This document shows, piece after piece, positions 11,286-21,814 of a stretch of DNA of 64,000 bases; the first letter of the stretch is position 1, and each line of letters starts with the position of its first letter. The position numbers and the translations under genes were made by a program. A model generated the notes under the pieces. That model saw nothing but the letters and a program-made list of their open reading frames with translations. It was not told the origin of the DNA and ran no database searches. Source of the stretch: Methanomicrobia archaeon (lineage in GTDB: Archaea > Halobacteriota > Bog-38 > Methanoflorentales > Methanoflorentaceae); the NCBI GenBank assembly GCA_015661395.1, contig JACWML010000010.1, positions 2,499 to 66,498 of the forward strand, written 5' to 3'.

Positions 11286-11444
11286 CTCAACGTCGCATCG
11301 GTTTTTGCAGCAACTGACTGTTCCCCGTTCAAAGAAGCCCACCGTTCTGAGCTTTTTTGGACACCTACTTTTTTTAAATATTCTTATATAATTGAGTGTG
11401 CATAAAAGACATGTAAAGCCATAGGTGTTAGCGCTGGTGGGCCT

Positions 11445-11825
11445 ATGCATGCGACCATAATGCCGGAAGAATGGCAGTTTGAAAAAGAAGTCGTTTGTTT
11501 TAACTGCCATACAAGAGCAACGCAAGTTGTGCGGATTAAAGACAGACAGGGCAGTGTTATATGCTCGGCGTGTGGCGCGCAGCGTCACTATATCATACGA
11601 AGCGTGATTTATGGGACGGATACGCCGCCGATGGCCCCTGTGGGGATGAAATATGATGCGTGGGACTTCGCGAAGACGAGCGGCTGTCTGAATTGTAAAG
11701 AACACGCAAGGCACAGCGTACATCTCGACGAGTACAAGATGAACGTGATCTGCGACGAATGCGGTTTTTCGCGAGTGTTGAAGCTCGATTATCTTGTCTT
11801 CCCACATGTCCTCTCGAACGAATAA
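11445..11825 (+). CDS. double zinc-ribbon protein
   Basis: Four CxxC pairs (CFNCH...CSACG, then CLNCK...CDECG). A TATA-like tttttttaaatattcttatataatt lies ~50 bp upstream. Confidence 0.5.
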   Translation: MHATIMPEEWQFEKEVVCFNCHTRATQVVRIKDRQGSVICSACGAQRHYIIRSVIYGTDTPPMAPVGMKYDAWDFAKTSGCLNCKEHARHSVHLDEYKMNVICDECGFSRVLKLDYLVFPHVLSNE

Positions 11826-11837
11826 GCTCCGCTGAAG

Positions 11838-12341
11838 ATGAGCACGCGGTTGTACGTCTTTCACGCAGGGCAGTGTAATCCGAAGAAGTGTACCGCCAAA
11901 AAACTTGCTAAATTTCATCTCGTAACTCTTTTCCCGACGCCACGACCCTTGTGGGGCTCTCATACGGTACTCCTTGATCCATCCGCACCCGCTCCGTTAT
12001 GCCGCGCGGACGTTGTGACGACGCTCGTTGCGGTTGACTGCTCTTGGAAACAGCGTGAGCGCGTGTTCGAGTCCTTCCGTGCGCGGACAAGGCGACGACT
12101 TCCGTATCTTTTGGCAGCGAATCCGGTGAACTATGGGCGGCCGTACGAGCTCACAACGGCAGAAGCACTGGCTGCTGCGCTCTACGTCCTTGGGGAGTCA
12201 CAACGCGCAAGAGAACTCTTAAACAAGTTCAAATGGGGTCCGACGTTTTTAAACTTGAACGCCGCACCCCTCAATGAATACGCCGGCGCGAACACCGTCG
12301 GCGACGTGCTTGCAAGTGAACGCGCCTATACAGAAGGCTAA
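11838..12341 (+). CDS. tsr3: 16S rRNA aminocarboxypropyltransferase Tsr3 (DUF367)
   Basis: N-terminal LYVFHAGQCNPKKCTAKKL and central LAANPVNYGRPYELTTAEALAAALYVLG match the Tsr3/DUF367 family. Confidence 0.75.
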   Translation: MSTRLYVFHAGQCNPKKCTAKKLAKFHLVTLFPTPRPLWGSHTVLLDPSAPAPLCRADVVTTLVAVDCSWKQRERVFESFRARTRRRLPYLLAANPVNYGRPYELTTAEALAAALYVLGESQRARELLNKFKWGPTFLNLNAAPLNEYAGANTVGDVLASERAYTEG

Positions 12342-12433
12342 ATGACTTCTTATCCGCGTTCCTGCGGTTAACGTAAACAGAAAGATTAAATGCTGTTAGG
12401 CGTATGGTTCTACCGACGTGAGAGGTACATCTG

Positions 12434-12580
12434 ATGGCACGTTTTCCAGAAGCTGAAAAAAGGTTGCTAAATATCAAAATCTGTATGCGGTGTAACGCCC
12501 GCAACCCGCCACGGGCGACTCGATGCAGGAAATGTGGTTACAAAAACCTGAGGGTCAAGTCGAAGGAACGAAGGGGTTAG
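12434..12580 (+). CDS. rpl40e: 50S ribosomal protein L40e. It is 48 aa, so the ORF track, which lists only ORFs of at least 60 aa, does not show it.
   Basis: Translation [48 protein letters not shown] has the archaeal L40e zinc-ribbon pattern (C-x2-C...C-x2-C) and N-terminus. Confidence 0.85.
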   Translation: MARFPEAEKRLLNIKICMRCNARNPPRATRCRKCGYKNLRVKSKERRG

Positions 12581-12584
12581 CCGA

Positions 12585-13328
12585 TTGAGGATCGAGCAGC
12601 ACCTTGAAGAGGCGATCAGCAAGGAAGGAACGATACATCTAACGCTTATCGATCCCGACTCACAGTCGCCCGAGGAAGCCGCGCGAATTGCACGGGGAGC
12701 TACAGCGGGAGGCACGACTGCGGTTCTTGTGGGGGGCTCCGTAGGCGTCGGCGGACATGGCCTAGAGTGCACCGTATCGGAAATCAAAGGTAGCACGGGT
12801 GTCCCTACTATCATCTTCCCTTCAGACGTAGGGAGTGTGTGTACCACGGCCGACGCGATGTTTTTCTTGTGCCTTATGAACTCTAGGAGCACAGCGTATC
12901 TCAGTACAAACCAAGCGCTCGGCGCCGTGTTTGTCAAGAGCTACGGAATAGAGCCTATTCCCGTAGCGTACATCATCGTCGAACCCGGGGGAACTGTTGG
13001 CTGGATTGGTGATGCGCGTTTGATTCCGCGCAACAAACCCGAGATTGCCGCCGCATACGCGCTCGCAGGAAAATATCTTGGGATGCGATGGATCTACCTT
13101 GAGGCAGGTTCTGGCGTCCCCGATACGGTCCCCGCCGAAATGGTAAAGGCGGTAAAAGCAGCTATAGACGATACAAGGCTGATCGTCGGCGGCGGGATAC
13201 GCACCGACAAGCAGGCCGAGTTGCTCGCGAAGGCGGGAGCGGATGTCATCGTAACGGGCACGGCAATCGAAGAGGACGTTGACATCGAAGACAAGATCGC
13301 ACGCTTTGTCCGCGTGATACAGCACTAA
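12585..13328 (+). CDS. geranylgeranylglyceryl phosphate synthase (GGGPS / PcrB family)
   Basis: TIM-barrel PcrB signature: LTLIDPD near the N-terminus, VGGSVGV, and C-terminal LIVGGGIRTDKQAELLAKAGADVIVTGTAIEE. Confidence 0.85.
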   Translation: MRIEQHLEEAISKEGTIHLTLIDPDSQSPEEAARIARGATAGGTTAVLVGGSVGVGGHGLECTVSEIKGSTGVPTIIFPSDVGSVCTTADAMFFLCLMNSRSTAYLSTNQALGAVFVKSYGIEPIPVAYIIVEPGGTVGWIGDARLIPRNKPEIAAAYALAGKYLGMRWIYLEAGSGVPDTVPAEMVKAVKAAIDDTRLIVGGGIRTDKQAELLAKAGADVIVTGTAIEEDVDIEDKIARFVRVIQH

Positions 13329-13368
13329 CCGCGTGCGCAGCACCCACCGGCACCTGGCGCAGTGCTTT

Positions 13369-15375
13369 CTACGCGCCCTTGTTCTTCTCTTTCCAGTTGC
13401 TGTAGTTGCATTGCGGGCAGCCCAGATCCCAAAATCGCTTGCCGCTTTGTACCTTGATAAGTCGCATGTCGTGCTGTTTGCACTTGCGCGCAGTTATGCG
13501 CAGCCTTCCTGATTTCGGCAGGGGGAGCCCAAAGGTGCACTGCGGGTATCCGCTGCACCCCACAAAGCGTCCGCCCCGTTTTGAGCGACGCACGACGAGA
13601 TCCGAGCTGCACTGAGGGCACGTCCCAACGGTCGCATCTCCGCGTAGCCCTTTTTGCAGCGATATGCTAATCTCTTCGTGTTGCTCATCAAGCGTGCTTA
13701 AGACCTTGTCGAGAATGTCCCTCGAGCTGACCACAACGAACTCCTTTGACAGCGTTCCCGCTTTGACCTTCTCCATCTCCTCTTCGAGGAGTCGGGTCAT
13801 CTCAGGTTTCGTAATTGTGGGGGCGTAGCGTTCGAGCGATTGCGTGACGCTGCACGCGATACCGGTGGGACGAAGGGGATTCACGTCAACATAGCCGCGC
13901 TGAGCGAGTTTCTTAATGATCTCGTGGCGGGTGCTTTTCGTCCCCAACCCGAGCTCTTCCATCTTCTTGATCAACTGGCCTTGTCCCCATCGCTGCGGCG
14001 GCTGCGTCTCCTTCTCCACAAGCTGTTTGTTCGTGACGGTGAGAACGTCGCCCTCGCGAAGGTCAGGGAGGTACCGCTCTTGCGTCTGTGCATACGGATA
14101 GTGATAGCGCCAGCCTTGATGTGAAAGTTCGAGCCCGGTCGCTCTGAACAGCTCCCCTTGGGAGTCCAGCGTGACCTTTTTTGTGCACCATCGCGCCGGG
14201 TCGGAGAGCGTTGCAAAGAACCGTCGCACAACGAGCTCATACACCTTCCAGCTTTGTGGCTCGAGGTCAGCTTGTGTAGCGCGCATCGTGGGATAGATCG
14301 GCGGATGGTCGGTCGTTTGCTTTTTACCTCGGGTGGCGACCAGCTGCTTCTTTTGTAGCAGCAAGCGAGCATTCTCAGCGAATGGACCGCTTCTGAACAT
14401 GTTCACTGAGAGGCGGAGATCGAGCTCATTCGGATAGACTGTGTTGTCCGTGCGCGGATAGCTTATCCATCCCGCCGTGTAGAGGCGCTCCGCCGTTTCC
14501 ATAGCGCGGCTTGCTGAAATACCAAGCGCGCTTGCTGCAGCGAGAAACTCGGTCGTGTTGAAGGGTTTTGGGGGGGTGTCTTCTCGTTCGGTTTTGGCAA
14601 ACGTAACGACGGTGGCCGTGTCGCCGATGTTTTGTGCCGCCGCCGTTGCGCTCGCTTTGTTTCGAAATCGGTCTGTTTGGTGCTTTGCGTGAAACGTTTC
14701 GCTGCTCGTGCTGAGGTCAATATATATTTCCCAGTATGGCTCTGCCACGAATTGTGCAATTCTTCGCTCGCGATCGACGATCAGCGCGAGCGTCGGACTT
14801 TGTACGCGTCCCGCAGACAAGAAACGATTGCCAAGTCGCTTGGCAGCCGTTGATATGTACCGCGTGAGCGCAGCACCCCAAATGAGGTCCACCGCCTGCC
14901 GTGCCTCCCCGGAATGAGCGAGGTTGAGGTCAATTTTGGTTGGCGATCGAAACGCGCGTTTGACCTCAATGGGGGTCATCGAACTAAACCGCACGCGGTC
15001 CACCCCTACGTCCTTGACGGACTTGACGATCGCGCACGCCTCTAAACCGATGAGTTCGCCTTCCGTGTCAAAGTCAGTCGCAATAGTCACCCGGTCGGCA
15101 TCCTTAGCGGCTCGTTTGAGTCCTGACACGATGCTCTTGTGCGTGGGAACGGTGACGACGTCAGCCCGGATTAGCTCGTGAAGGTTTGTCTTCCAGTCGC
15201 GGTATTCATCTGGGAAGTCGAGCTTGACGATATGACCCCTCAGGCCTAGCACGACCGTGCTATTGAAGCGATACGCGTTAGCGCTGGCGACTTTGGTTGC
15301 TGATGCTGCTCCGTCTGAGAGAATCTCGGCGATCCGCTTCGCCGCGATATCCTTCTCGGTCACGATGAGGTGCAT
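13369..15375 (-). CDS. topA: DNA topoisomerase I (type IA) with C-terminal zinc ribbons
   Basis: Toprim N-terminus [19 protein letters not shown], a catalytic Tyr region, and two C-terminal C4 ribbons (CPQCSSD...CSGYPQC, CKQHD...CPQC). Confidence 0.9.
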   Translation of the reverse strand: MHLIVTEKDIAAKRIAEILSDGAASATKVASANAYRFNSTVVLGLRGHIVKLDFPDEYRDWKTNLHELIRADVVTVPTHKSIVSGLKRAAKDADRVTIATDFDTEGELIGLEACAIVKSVKDVGVDRVRFSSMTPIEVKRAFRSPTKIDLNLAHSGEARQAVDLIWGAALTRYISTAAKRLGNRFLSAGRVQSPTLALIVDRERRIAQFVAEPYWEIYIDLSTSSETFHAKHQTDRFRNKASATAAAQNIGDTATVVTFAKTEREDTPPKPFNTTEFLAAASALGISASRAMETAERLYTAGWISYPRTDNTVYPNELDLRLSVNMFRSGPFAENARLLLQKKQLVATRGKKQTTDHPPIYPTMRATQADLEPQSWKVYELVVRRFFATLSDPARWCTKKVTLDSQGELFRATGLELSHQGWRYHYPYAQTQERYLPDLREGDVLTVTNKQLVEKETQPPQRWGQGQLIKKMEELGLGTKSTRHEIIKKLAQRGYVDVNPLRPTGIACSVTQSLERYAPTITKPEMTRLLEEEMEKVKAGTLSKEFVVVSSRDILDKVLSTLDEQHEEISISLQKGLRGDATVGTCPQCSSDLVVRRSKRGGRFVGCSGYPQCTFGLPLPKSGRLRITARKCKQHDMRLIKVQSGKRFWDLGCPQCNYSNWKEKNKGA

Positions 15376-16784
15376 CAGAGTTGCTCCCGAATGAGACGAT
15401 TGGTGAGGGTGGGATCAGCCCGTCCGCGTGTCTTCTTCATGACCTGACCGACGAGAAAGTTAAGCGCGCCTTTCTTGCCGCTGTGATAGTCGTCAACGGC
15501 CTGTGGGTTCTCTTCGATCGCTTGCGTAACGGCAGCGGTGATCTGTTCGATTGGGGCAGCGTGAAGTGCCTGCGCGTCGATGATCTCGCACGGGGTCCCT
15601 CCGGTGTCGAGGACAGTTCGTATGACCTCGACGGCTGCCTTTTCGGTAATGGTTCCCTGGTTCACGTTGGCTATGACGTCGATTAAGAAGTTGGGCCTGA
15701 ACGCGTCAAGGTTCAGCCCGCGATAGTTCAGCTCGCCCTGAAGCACGTCAACGACCCAGCTTGCCGCCGCCGACGGGTCGACTCGTGCGGCGACCGTTTC
15801 GAAGTAGTCGGCCAAGGGCTTCGACGCGGTGAGCACTTTCGCGAGGTAATCCGAAATGCCGTATTGCGCGATGAAGCGGTGACGTTTTGTATCCGGGAGT
15901 TCGACTTGCACTTGCTCGCGGAACTGCTCGGCCACCGGTTCGGGATCGACGCGCAGAAGATCAGGTTCGGGGAAGTACCGATAGTCGTGTTCTTGCTCTT
16001 TTGAACGGAGTGAAATTGTGATGCCGCGTGCCTCGTCGAAGTGCCGCGTTTCTTGCGTGATATGGATGCCTCTTCGAAGCAAGTTTCGCTGGCGAGTGAT
16101 TTCAAACAGGAGCGCTTTTTCCACGCCCTTGTATGAGGAGATGTTTTTGACTTCGGCCCGTTGCCCGCCGGCGATCGAAATGTTAGCGTCGACGCGAAGC
16201 GATCCCTCGAGGTTGCCGTCGAAGACGTCGAGGTATTCAAGGATGTTGCGCAACTTGTTCAGAAAGCGACGCGCTTCCTTGGGGGCGCGAAGGTCAGGCT
16301 CGGTGACCACTTCGAGCAGCGGCACGCCGGATCGATTATAATCGATGAGTGAGTACTGCGCCTTTTCGATGGTTCCGCGGTACGTAAGCTTCCCTGGATC
16401 TTCTTCCAAGTGCACGCGCCTGATTCGAATCGTCCGTTCCTGCCCTGCGCTGTCGACTGTCAAGTAGCCATTAGTGCCGAGCGGAAAGTCGTACTGGCTG
16501 ATTTGAAAGCCTTTCGGCAAATCTGGGTAGTAGTAGTTCTTCCGATAGAACTGCGTCTGTTGCACCGAGCAGTTGAGCGCTTTCGCGACCCGCTCGGCGT
16601 AAACGATTGCCATCTCGTTGACGACCGGTAGACTCCCCGGAAGCCCGAGACAGATAGGACACGTGTGGGTGTTTGGCTCTGAGTCCTGATAACGCGTTGA
16701 ACATCCACAAAAAAGCTTCGATTGGGTTGTGAGCTGTGTGTGCACCTCAAGCCCTATAATAATGTCGGTTCTTTCCGTGGTCAT
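15375..16784 (-). CDS. gatB: aspartyl/glutamyl-tRNA amidotransferase subunit B
   Basis: 469 aa. [19 protein letters not shown] and [13 protein letters not shown] are GatB hallmarks. The size fits GatB rather than GatE. Confidence 0.85.
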   Translation of the reverse strand: MTTERTDIIIGLEVHTQLTTQSKLFCGCSTRYQDSEPNTHTCPICLGLPGSLPVVNEMAIVYAERVAKALNCSVQQTQFYRKNYYYPDLPKGFQISQYDFPLGTNGYLTVDSAGQERTIRIRRVHLEEDPGKLTYRGTIEKAQYSLIDYNRSGVPLLEVVTEPDLRAPKEARRFLNKLRNILEYLDVFDGNLEGSLRVDANISIAGGQRAEVKNISSYKGVEKALLFEITRQRNLLRRGIHITQETRHFDEARGITISLRSKEQEHDYRYFPEPDLLRVDPEPVAEQFREQVQVELPDTKRHRFIAQYGISDYLAKVLTASKPLADYFETVAARVDPSAAASWVVDVLQGELNYRGLNLDAFRPNFLIDVIANVNQGTITEKAAVEVIRTVLDTGGTPCEIIDAQALHAAPIEQITAAVTQAIEENPQAVDDYHSGKKGALNFLVGQVMKKTRGRADPTLTNRLIREQL

Positions 16785-17094
16785 GTGATACGGTTTTTTG
16801 TCGCTACTTCTCTTACCGAGATCTGCGCTTATAACATTTAAACAGCGGCGTAGAAGCGCGTTGATTGCTTGGATATTTAGTCAATTCAGAGCAGGATGCC
16901 TGTAATGTTTTGAGGCCTTACGTTAGGATAGGTTCCAGCTACTAGTCGGAACGCTACCTATTATAATTAACTGCGCGGGCGCGGATGGGTTGCAGCTCGT
17001 CGCCGTGACTGGGAAGTTTGAAGGATAGGGTTATCACGAGATCGGACGGTATCACAGCGAACCAATTGAAAAGGTTTATCTGATAATCAGCAGC

Positions 17095-17796
17095 TTGTTT
17101 GTGGGAGGAGTCAGTATGAGCGCGGATAAATGGGCCATTCTACTGCTGGTCACCGTCATGTTACTCGCATCGGCTTGCACCATGGCGAGCGCGCAAAGCA
17201 CGCAAGGAGGCGTAGTAAAGATCAGCTCGCCTCCCAGGAACGGCAAGGCAGGGCCTACGGAGCGCGTGAGCGGTAAAGCACAGCTTTCAAAGGGGTATTC
17301 GCTTTGGATCGTGCCGTACGATCCAACCGCTGGCAAGTACTATCCGGAAGCCCCCCTGCTGACGGTGCGCAGTGATGCGACTTGGTCGTCTCGTCTCTCG
17401 GTAGGCACCATATTTGGCGTCGGCAAGACGTTCCAGATTTACGCGGTCGTCGCCGATAAAAGTGCTAGTGCTACGCTGAGCAAGTACGCCGCGCAGCGAA
17501 CGGGAATAACAAAACTGCCGCCTGGGGCGCAAGCCGTCGATGCTGTCACCGTAAAGCGCGTGGCAGCAGACGTTACGGGCGCGCCATCTGCAAGCCCCTC
17601 GCCCAGCGCCGTGCCGCGCACGGCGTCAACCGCTGGATCGAGCGCGACTGCACGGGCGAATACTTCTACGGAAAACGTCGCTCAAGCGAGTGCAGCTGCA
17701 AGTAGCCAAAACCCGCTTCCCGGTTTTGAGGCGTTGTACGCGCTTGGTGCTCTTGCTGCCGTGTTTCTGGTATTACGCGTCACCCGCCGTAGCTAA
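17095..17796 (+). CDS. secreted S/A/T-rich protein with a PGF-CTERM archaeosortase sorting signal
   Basis: N-terminal signal peptide (ILLLVTVMLLASACTMASAQ), a low-complexity Ser/Ala/Thr linker, then PGF + TM helix + basic tail (NPLPGFEALYALGALAAVFLVLRVTRRS). The ATG at 17116 is an alternative start. Confidence 0.7.
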   Translation: MFVGGVSMSADKWAILLLVTVMLLASACTMASAQSTQGGVVKISSPPRNGKAGPTERVSGKAQLSKGYSLWIVPYDPTAGKYYPEAPLLTVRSDATWSSRLSVGTIFGVGKTFQIYAVVADKSASATLSKYAAQRTGITKLPPGAQAVDAVTVKRVAADVTGAPSASPSPSAVPRTASTAGSSATARANTSTENVAQASAAASSQNPLPGFEALYALGALAAVFLVLRVTRRS

Positions 17797-18015
17797 GGTT
17801 CCATAGCCGCGATGGGCCAGTCTTAAAACGGTTGTTTCAGGACAGATCAGCTGGAGGTGGTCAATCTATGGTTGTCACGACGAATGCTGTCGGTGACCCT
17901 TCCATCGAAAACATAGTAGAACAGCTTACTGCACCAACGAGTGCGAGCTTCCTGAAGAAGCTCATTGTGCGCATCGCTTGCGTTAGATACGGCGTCAGCG
18001 CACTATCAAGCGCAC

Positions 18016-18213
18016 TTAACGAAGCGGTATCACTTCGCCGTCGCCGCGAGCCGCAGTTTCATCAGACGGGACAATGCAGCGCGTCTCACCCGGGTGGAGC
18101 ACTTGATTAACGGCGCACGTTAGGCGATCAGAACACTCTTGGCATTCTGGGGCCTGCAGTTCGTTTAAGCGTGCAACAAGGCGCCCATAATAGAGCGTCA
18201 CACGTTCGGCCAT
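18016..18213 (-). CDS. possible small protein (66 aa from MMAERV...) preceded by a GGAGGGG SD-like motif
   Basis: aggaggggaaaaact sits just before the ATG. No homology recognisable. It overlaps an alternative plus-strand ORF at 17832..18110. Confidence 0.25.
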   Translation of the reverse strand: MAERVTLYYGRLVARLNELQAPECQECSDRLTCAVNQVLHPGETRCIVPSDETAARGDGEVIPLR

Positions 18214-18809
18214 CATAGTTTTTCCCCTCCTTGCAGAATACCGTGCTCTGGATGTGTTTAAGCTTGTGTGATCACTTTTTTGTGTCACACCTCACGGAGG
18301 CCGTTTGCGCATGCCACTCGTACGTCCGCTGAGAACCGCTGAGCACCGAGAAACACGTGCGTTGTGAATGGCCATCGATAGACTGAAATGACGACGAGAC
18401 GTTTGAAAGGAGCGATAAGCAGCGATAAGCTGCGAAAACCGCGCACGCCGTGTCTGAAGGTCTACGCGCGCAGGGCCGGGTGCACTCTGCGTTTAGCAGC
18501 TGAAGGTGAGCAGCATCGATAACCGCTAGCGACTCGTCTTAGTCGCGACCGGCGTTAACCTACTGTTCGAGTACTCGCTTCGCGGCATTAACGGCTTTTT
18601 ACTACAGCCGCTCTGTTGCCGATCTTATTCATTGCCCATGCCAAGTACTTCACGATTCGTGAAGCGAGACTGGCACCAGGACCTTGTCTCTGTGTGGCGG
18701 TGGAACGGATTCGTTATCGCAGTTTTTCAAGTGAGGGGCGTTGTCACGACTCGGCAGGCGTAAAGCTGTTTGGGGTGCTGTGAGGGGCGCTGGCTTTCGT
18801 CTCCGTTCA

Positions 18810-20000
18810 CTATCGTTTCATGGCACGCTCGAACGCAAGGAGCGCCGCTGACAACAAAACGATCCCGAAACCGAAGAGTATGATGATGTCCGTTGAAATC
18901 GCTGGTATGCCCACACCAAGCACTACCACTTTTCGCAGCGCGCTAATGGCGTAGGTGAGCGGAAGGAACTGCGCGATGACCTGCATAAATTGTGGCATCT
19001 GCGATATCGGGAAGAAGACGCCGCTGAGGAACATCATGGGAAACGTTAGCGTCATCATGATCATCGTAGCGGTCTCCTCGGTACTCGTGAACGAGGTGAT
19101 GAGAATACCCAAGCCGACTAGGCTGAACACGCCGAGGAGCAAAATTCCCAAGATAAGCGCGATGCTCCCTTGTACGACCACGCCAAAGAGAACGATCGAA
19201 AGCGTAAGGACGATGATCCCCTGGATCATACCGCGTGTTGTCTGGGCGATGACCTTTCCGCCCAGTATCGACATCCGGTGCACCGGTGCGGCGAGCATGC
19301 CGTCGAGGGTGCCCATCTCCCGCTCGAAAGAAATGGCGTGTGGGAGGCCGGTCATAAGCGACATCATGACGACCATCCCCATGATGCCAGGCGCGACGAA
19401 CTCGAAGTAGTTGGTTTGTCCTGGAACGATGCCCGTCGTCTGGATGTTGTATGGTGCTACCTGGGCTAGCGAATAGTTCAGCGGCGTTTTATACGTCTGG
19501 TTCAGTCCGTACGTGGCCGTCTGTGTGCCCATTTGTTCAATGACTTGCGTGAGCTGCGTCTGTATGAGAGATGCCGTCTGAGGGTTCGACTGATCATTGA
19601 CAATCGTGACGTCTGCTTGCTTACCGCTATTGAGGTTAGATGTGAAATTGCTGCCAATAATAATGCCGGCGCTCTGCTGGCCGTTTTGAATGTTCGATTT
19701 CACGTCGGCGGCGCTGCCGACTGTCGAGAGATCCATCATGCCGGTCTTGTTGTTCAGAGCCTCGAGCTGTGCGACGAATTTCGTGCTGAGGGAGGCATTG
19801 CCCTGCACAGCGTCAAGGTTCGCGAGCGCAACGGGGACGTTAGACATCCCGCTATTTGAGGGGAAGATGTAGCCGACCATGCCCATCATGAAGAGGGGCA
19901 TAAGGATGAGCATCACAAGGCCCATGCGATTCCTGCTTATGTCTAACAAGTCTTTCCACGCAATCCACAGCGCGTGACGAATACCACTTCTAACTCCCAT
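18810..20000 (-). CDS. ABC-2 family transporter permease
   Basis: 396 aa. One N-terminal TM, a large extracytoplasmic loop, then 5 C-terminal TMs. Follows the ATPase gene. Confidence 0.8.
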   Translation of the reverse strand: MGVRSGIRHALWIAWKDLLDISRNRMGLVMLILMPLFMMGMVGYIFPSNSGMSNVPVALANLDAVQGNASLSTKFVAQLEALNNKTGMMDLSTVGSAADVKSNIQNGQQSAGIIIGSNFTSNLNSGKQADVTIVNDQSNPQTASLIQTQLTQVIEQMGTQTATYGLNQTYKTPLNYSLAQVAPYNIQTTGIVPGQTNYFEFVAPGIMGMVVMMSLMTGLPHAISFEREMGTLDGMLAAPVHRMSILGGKVIAQTTRGMIQGIIVLTLSIVLFGVVVQGSIALILGILLLGVFSLVGLGILITSFTSTEETATMIMMTLTFPMMFLSGVFFPISQMPQFMQVIAQFLPLTYAISALRKVVVLGVGIPAISTDIIILFGFGIVLLSAALLAFERAMKR

Positions 20001-20010
20001 TGGACAGCCC

Positions 20011-21033
20011 CTACCGTATCCTCGATCGCACTCTCGATCCGTGCCGAGAATGCCCTTCCTGTGTGGTTACCTTATCGGCGACCTGCTCCCTTACCTCGTG
20101 GCCAGTAAGATAGAGGAACACGTCTTCCAATGTCGGCTCAACGTTATGAATGGATCGAATCTGTCCTGCGCCTGATCGCACCGTATCAATGACGTTATCG
20201 CACGCCTCATCGCCCGACGCGTGAACCCTGATGTGCGTCTCGTCTTCTGCCGTGACCGTTTGCGTGCACGACAACGATTGAATGTCCGAGATAAGCGTTG
20301 GCGTAATGTTTGGAACGTCGAGCTCAATGACGTTCGTATCGGCACCGGTTATTACTTTTTTCAGATTTGACGGCGTATCGAGCGCGACGATCTTCCCGTA
20401 GTCGACGATACTGATCCGGTCGCATAGCACGTCAGCTTCGGCCATTGCATGCGTTGTTAAGATGATCGTTGTTCCAGCATCTTCGTTGATCCTGCGCGTA
20501 AAGTCGCGGATCTCGTTCGTGGATTGCGGATCAAGACCGAGCGTTGGTTCATCCAAGAATAGGATCTCCGGCTCGTTGAGGAGAGCGCGGATCACATTGA
20601 TGCGCTGCTTCATCCCGGTCGAAAACGTGCCGATCTGCTGGTCTGCCCACTTTTCCATATTAACGACCTTGAGCAGCTCATCGATGCGTTCACGCAGGGC
20701 GTTTCGCGGGATATCGTAAAGCTCGCCGAACAAGCGCAGGTTTTCATGCGCTGTGAGCCGATCATACATGATCATTTTTTCGGATACAAGTCCGATGTGC
20801 TCGCGCACCCTATCACCCTGATGAGCAATGTCAAAGCCGGCAACGGTCGCCGATCCTTGAGTAGGGCCACTCAGTGTGCAAAGCATCCGAATAGTCGTCG
20901 TTTTGCCCGCGCCGTTTGGCCCCAAGAAACCAAATATCTCGCCTGTCTTCACTTCAAAGGAGAGATGATCTACGGCGACGAAGTCGCGGAATTTCTTGAC
21001 GAGATTTGTGGCTTTGATTGCAATGTCGTCCAT
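20011..21033 (-). CDS. ABC transporter ATP-binding protein
   Basis: Walker A GPNGAGKTT, signature FSTGMKQR, Walker B ILFLDEPTLGLD. Confidence 0.9.
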   Translation of the reverse strand: MDDIAIKATNLVKKFRDFVAVDHLSFEVKTGEIFGFLGPNGAGKTTTIRMLCTLSGPTQGSATVAGFDIAHQGDRVREHIGLVSEKMIMYDRLTAHENLRLFGELYDIPRNALRERIDELLKVVNMEKWADQQIGTFSTGMKQRINVIRALLNEPEILFLDEPTLGLDPQSTNEIRDFTRRINEDAGTTIILTTHAMAEADVLCDRISIVDYGKIVALDTPSNLKKVITGADTNVIELDVPNITPTLISDIQSLSCTQTVTAEDETHIRVHASGDEACDNVIDTVRSGAGQIRSIHNVEPTLEDVFLYLTGHEVREQVADKVTTQEGHSRHGSRVRSRIR

Positions 21034-21173
21034 GTCACTAACCTGATTGATATATCTAAAGATATAGTATAAGATATTTGACTATTTGAAGGTTTCCCAA
21101 TTGGAAGCCCGCGCGCGCCATTCAGAGGCTTTTGTTCGAGCCCGCAAACCAGCGCAAGCATTAGAGAAACGTG

Positions 21174-21473
21174 TCATAGCTCTTTTTGAGTGTCATCGTT
21201 CGCTTTTTCGGCGTGGTGATCTGTTTGCCCTTCCGGTGCGAGAACTTCCTCGAGTTTGCCACCAAATATCTCTTGGACCAATTGTGAGAGCACGTCAGCT
21301 TTTACGAGAATGAACCCCCACGCACCCATTCTCGTGCTGCCCATCACAAGAAAACGGTCTCCCGTTTCAATTCCAAATTGTTTCCTCAGTTCAGCTGGAA
21401 TCACCACTTGACCTTTTTCGCCAATGATGGTGTCCCCATAGTACTTCATCTTTCGAAGCATCTGACCGTGCAC
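21174..21473 (-). CDS. AbrB/MazE/SpoVT-type DNA-binding protein
   Basis: The swapped-hairpin motif GEKGQVVIPAELRKQFGIETGDRFLVMG is typical of AbrB-type transcription regulators. It is the first gene of the ABC-2 operon. The true start is probably the internal Met (MKYYGD). Confidence 0.7.
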   Translation of the reverse strand: MHGQMLRKMKYYGDTIIGEKGQVVIPAELRKQFGIETGDRFLVMGSTRMGAWGFILVKADVLSQLVQEIFGGKLEEVLAPEGQTDHHAEKANDDTQKEL

Positions 21474-21814
21474 AATCTTCCCTCCGAGAGTACGCTTAAT
21501 CGTGTTAATCCTACTAATCTTACTTATCTTATCTTGCTATATATAACTATTAGGTGGCGACAATTCAGAGACAACTGCAGAATAGAACGCGCCGGCTTGT
21601 CATGCCATCAACTTAAGCAGGTGATATAGCCCCGTTGATTATGATATTCCTTGGAGAAAATGCTCTTGAAGGCGACCAACTAGCCGATTTATCAAGCAAG
21701 GTGATTGACGTTATCGCGAAGCTTTCAAATTCATTGAGCAAATGGTTTTGAAAATTGGCTTGATTTGAACAGACTGTCTCTCGATCTTAACAAAGGCTTG
21801 CGGACATTTTCGAC

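Noticed and set aside
10905-11963. 352-aa minus-strand ORF spanning three plus-strand genes
   Set aside because: Arg/Cys/His-rich, low-complexity translation. It fully overlaps plus-strand ORFs that have recognisable motifs (zinc ribbons, Tsr3). Typical antisense ORF in high-GC DNA.
12467-12937. 156-aa minus-strand ORF overlapping rpl40e and the GGGPS start
   Set aside because: Pro/Arg-rich antisense translation of two confidently identified genes.
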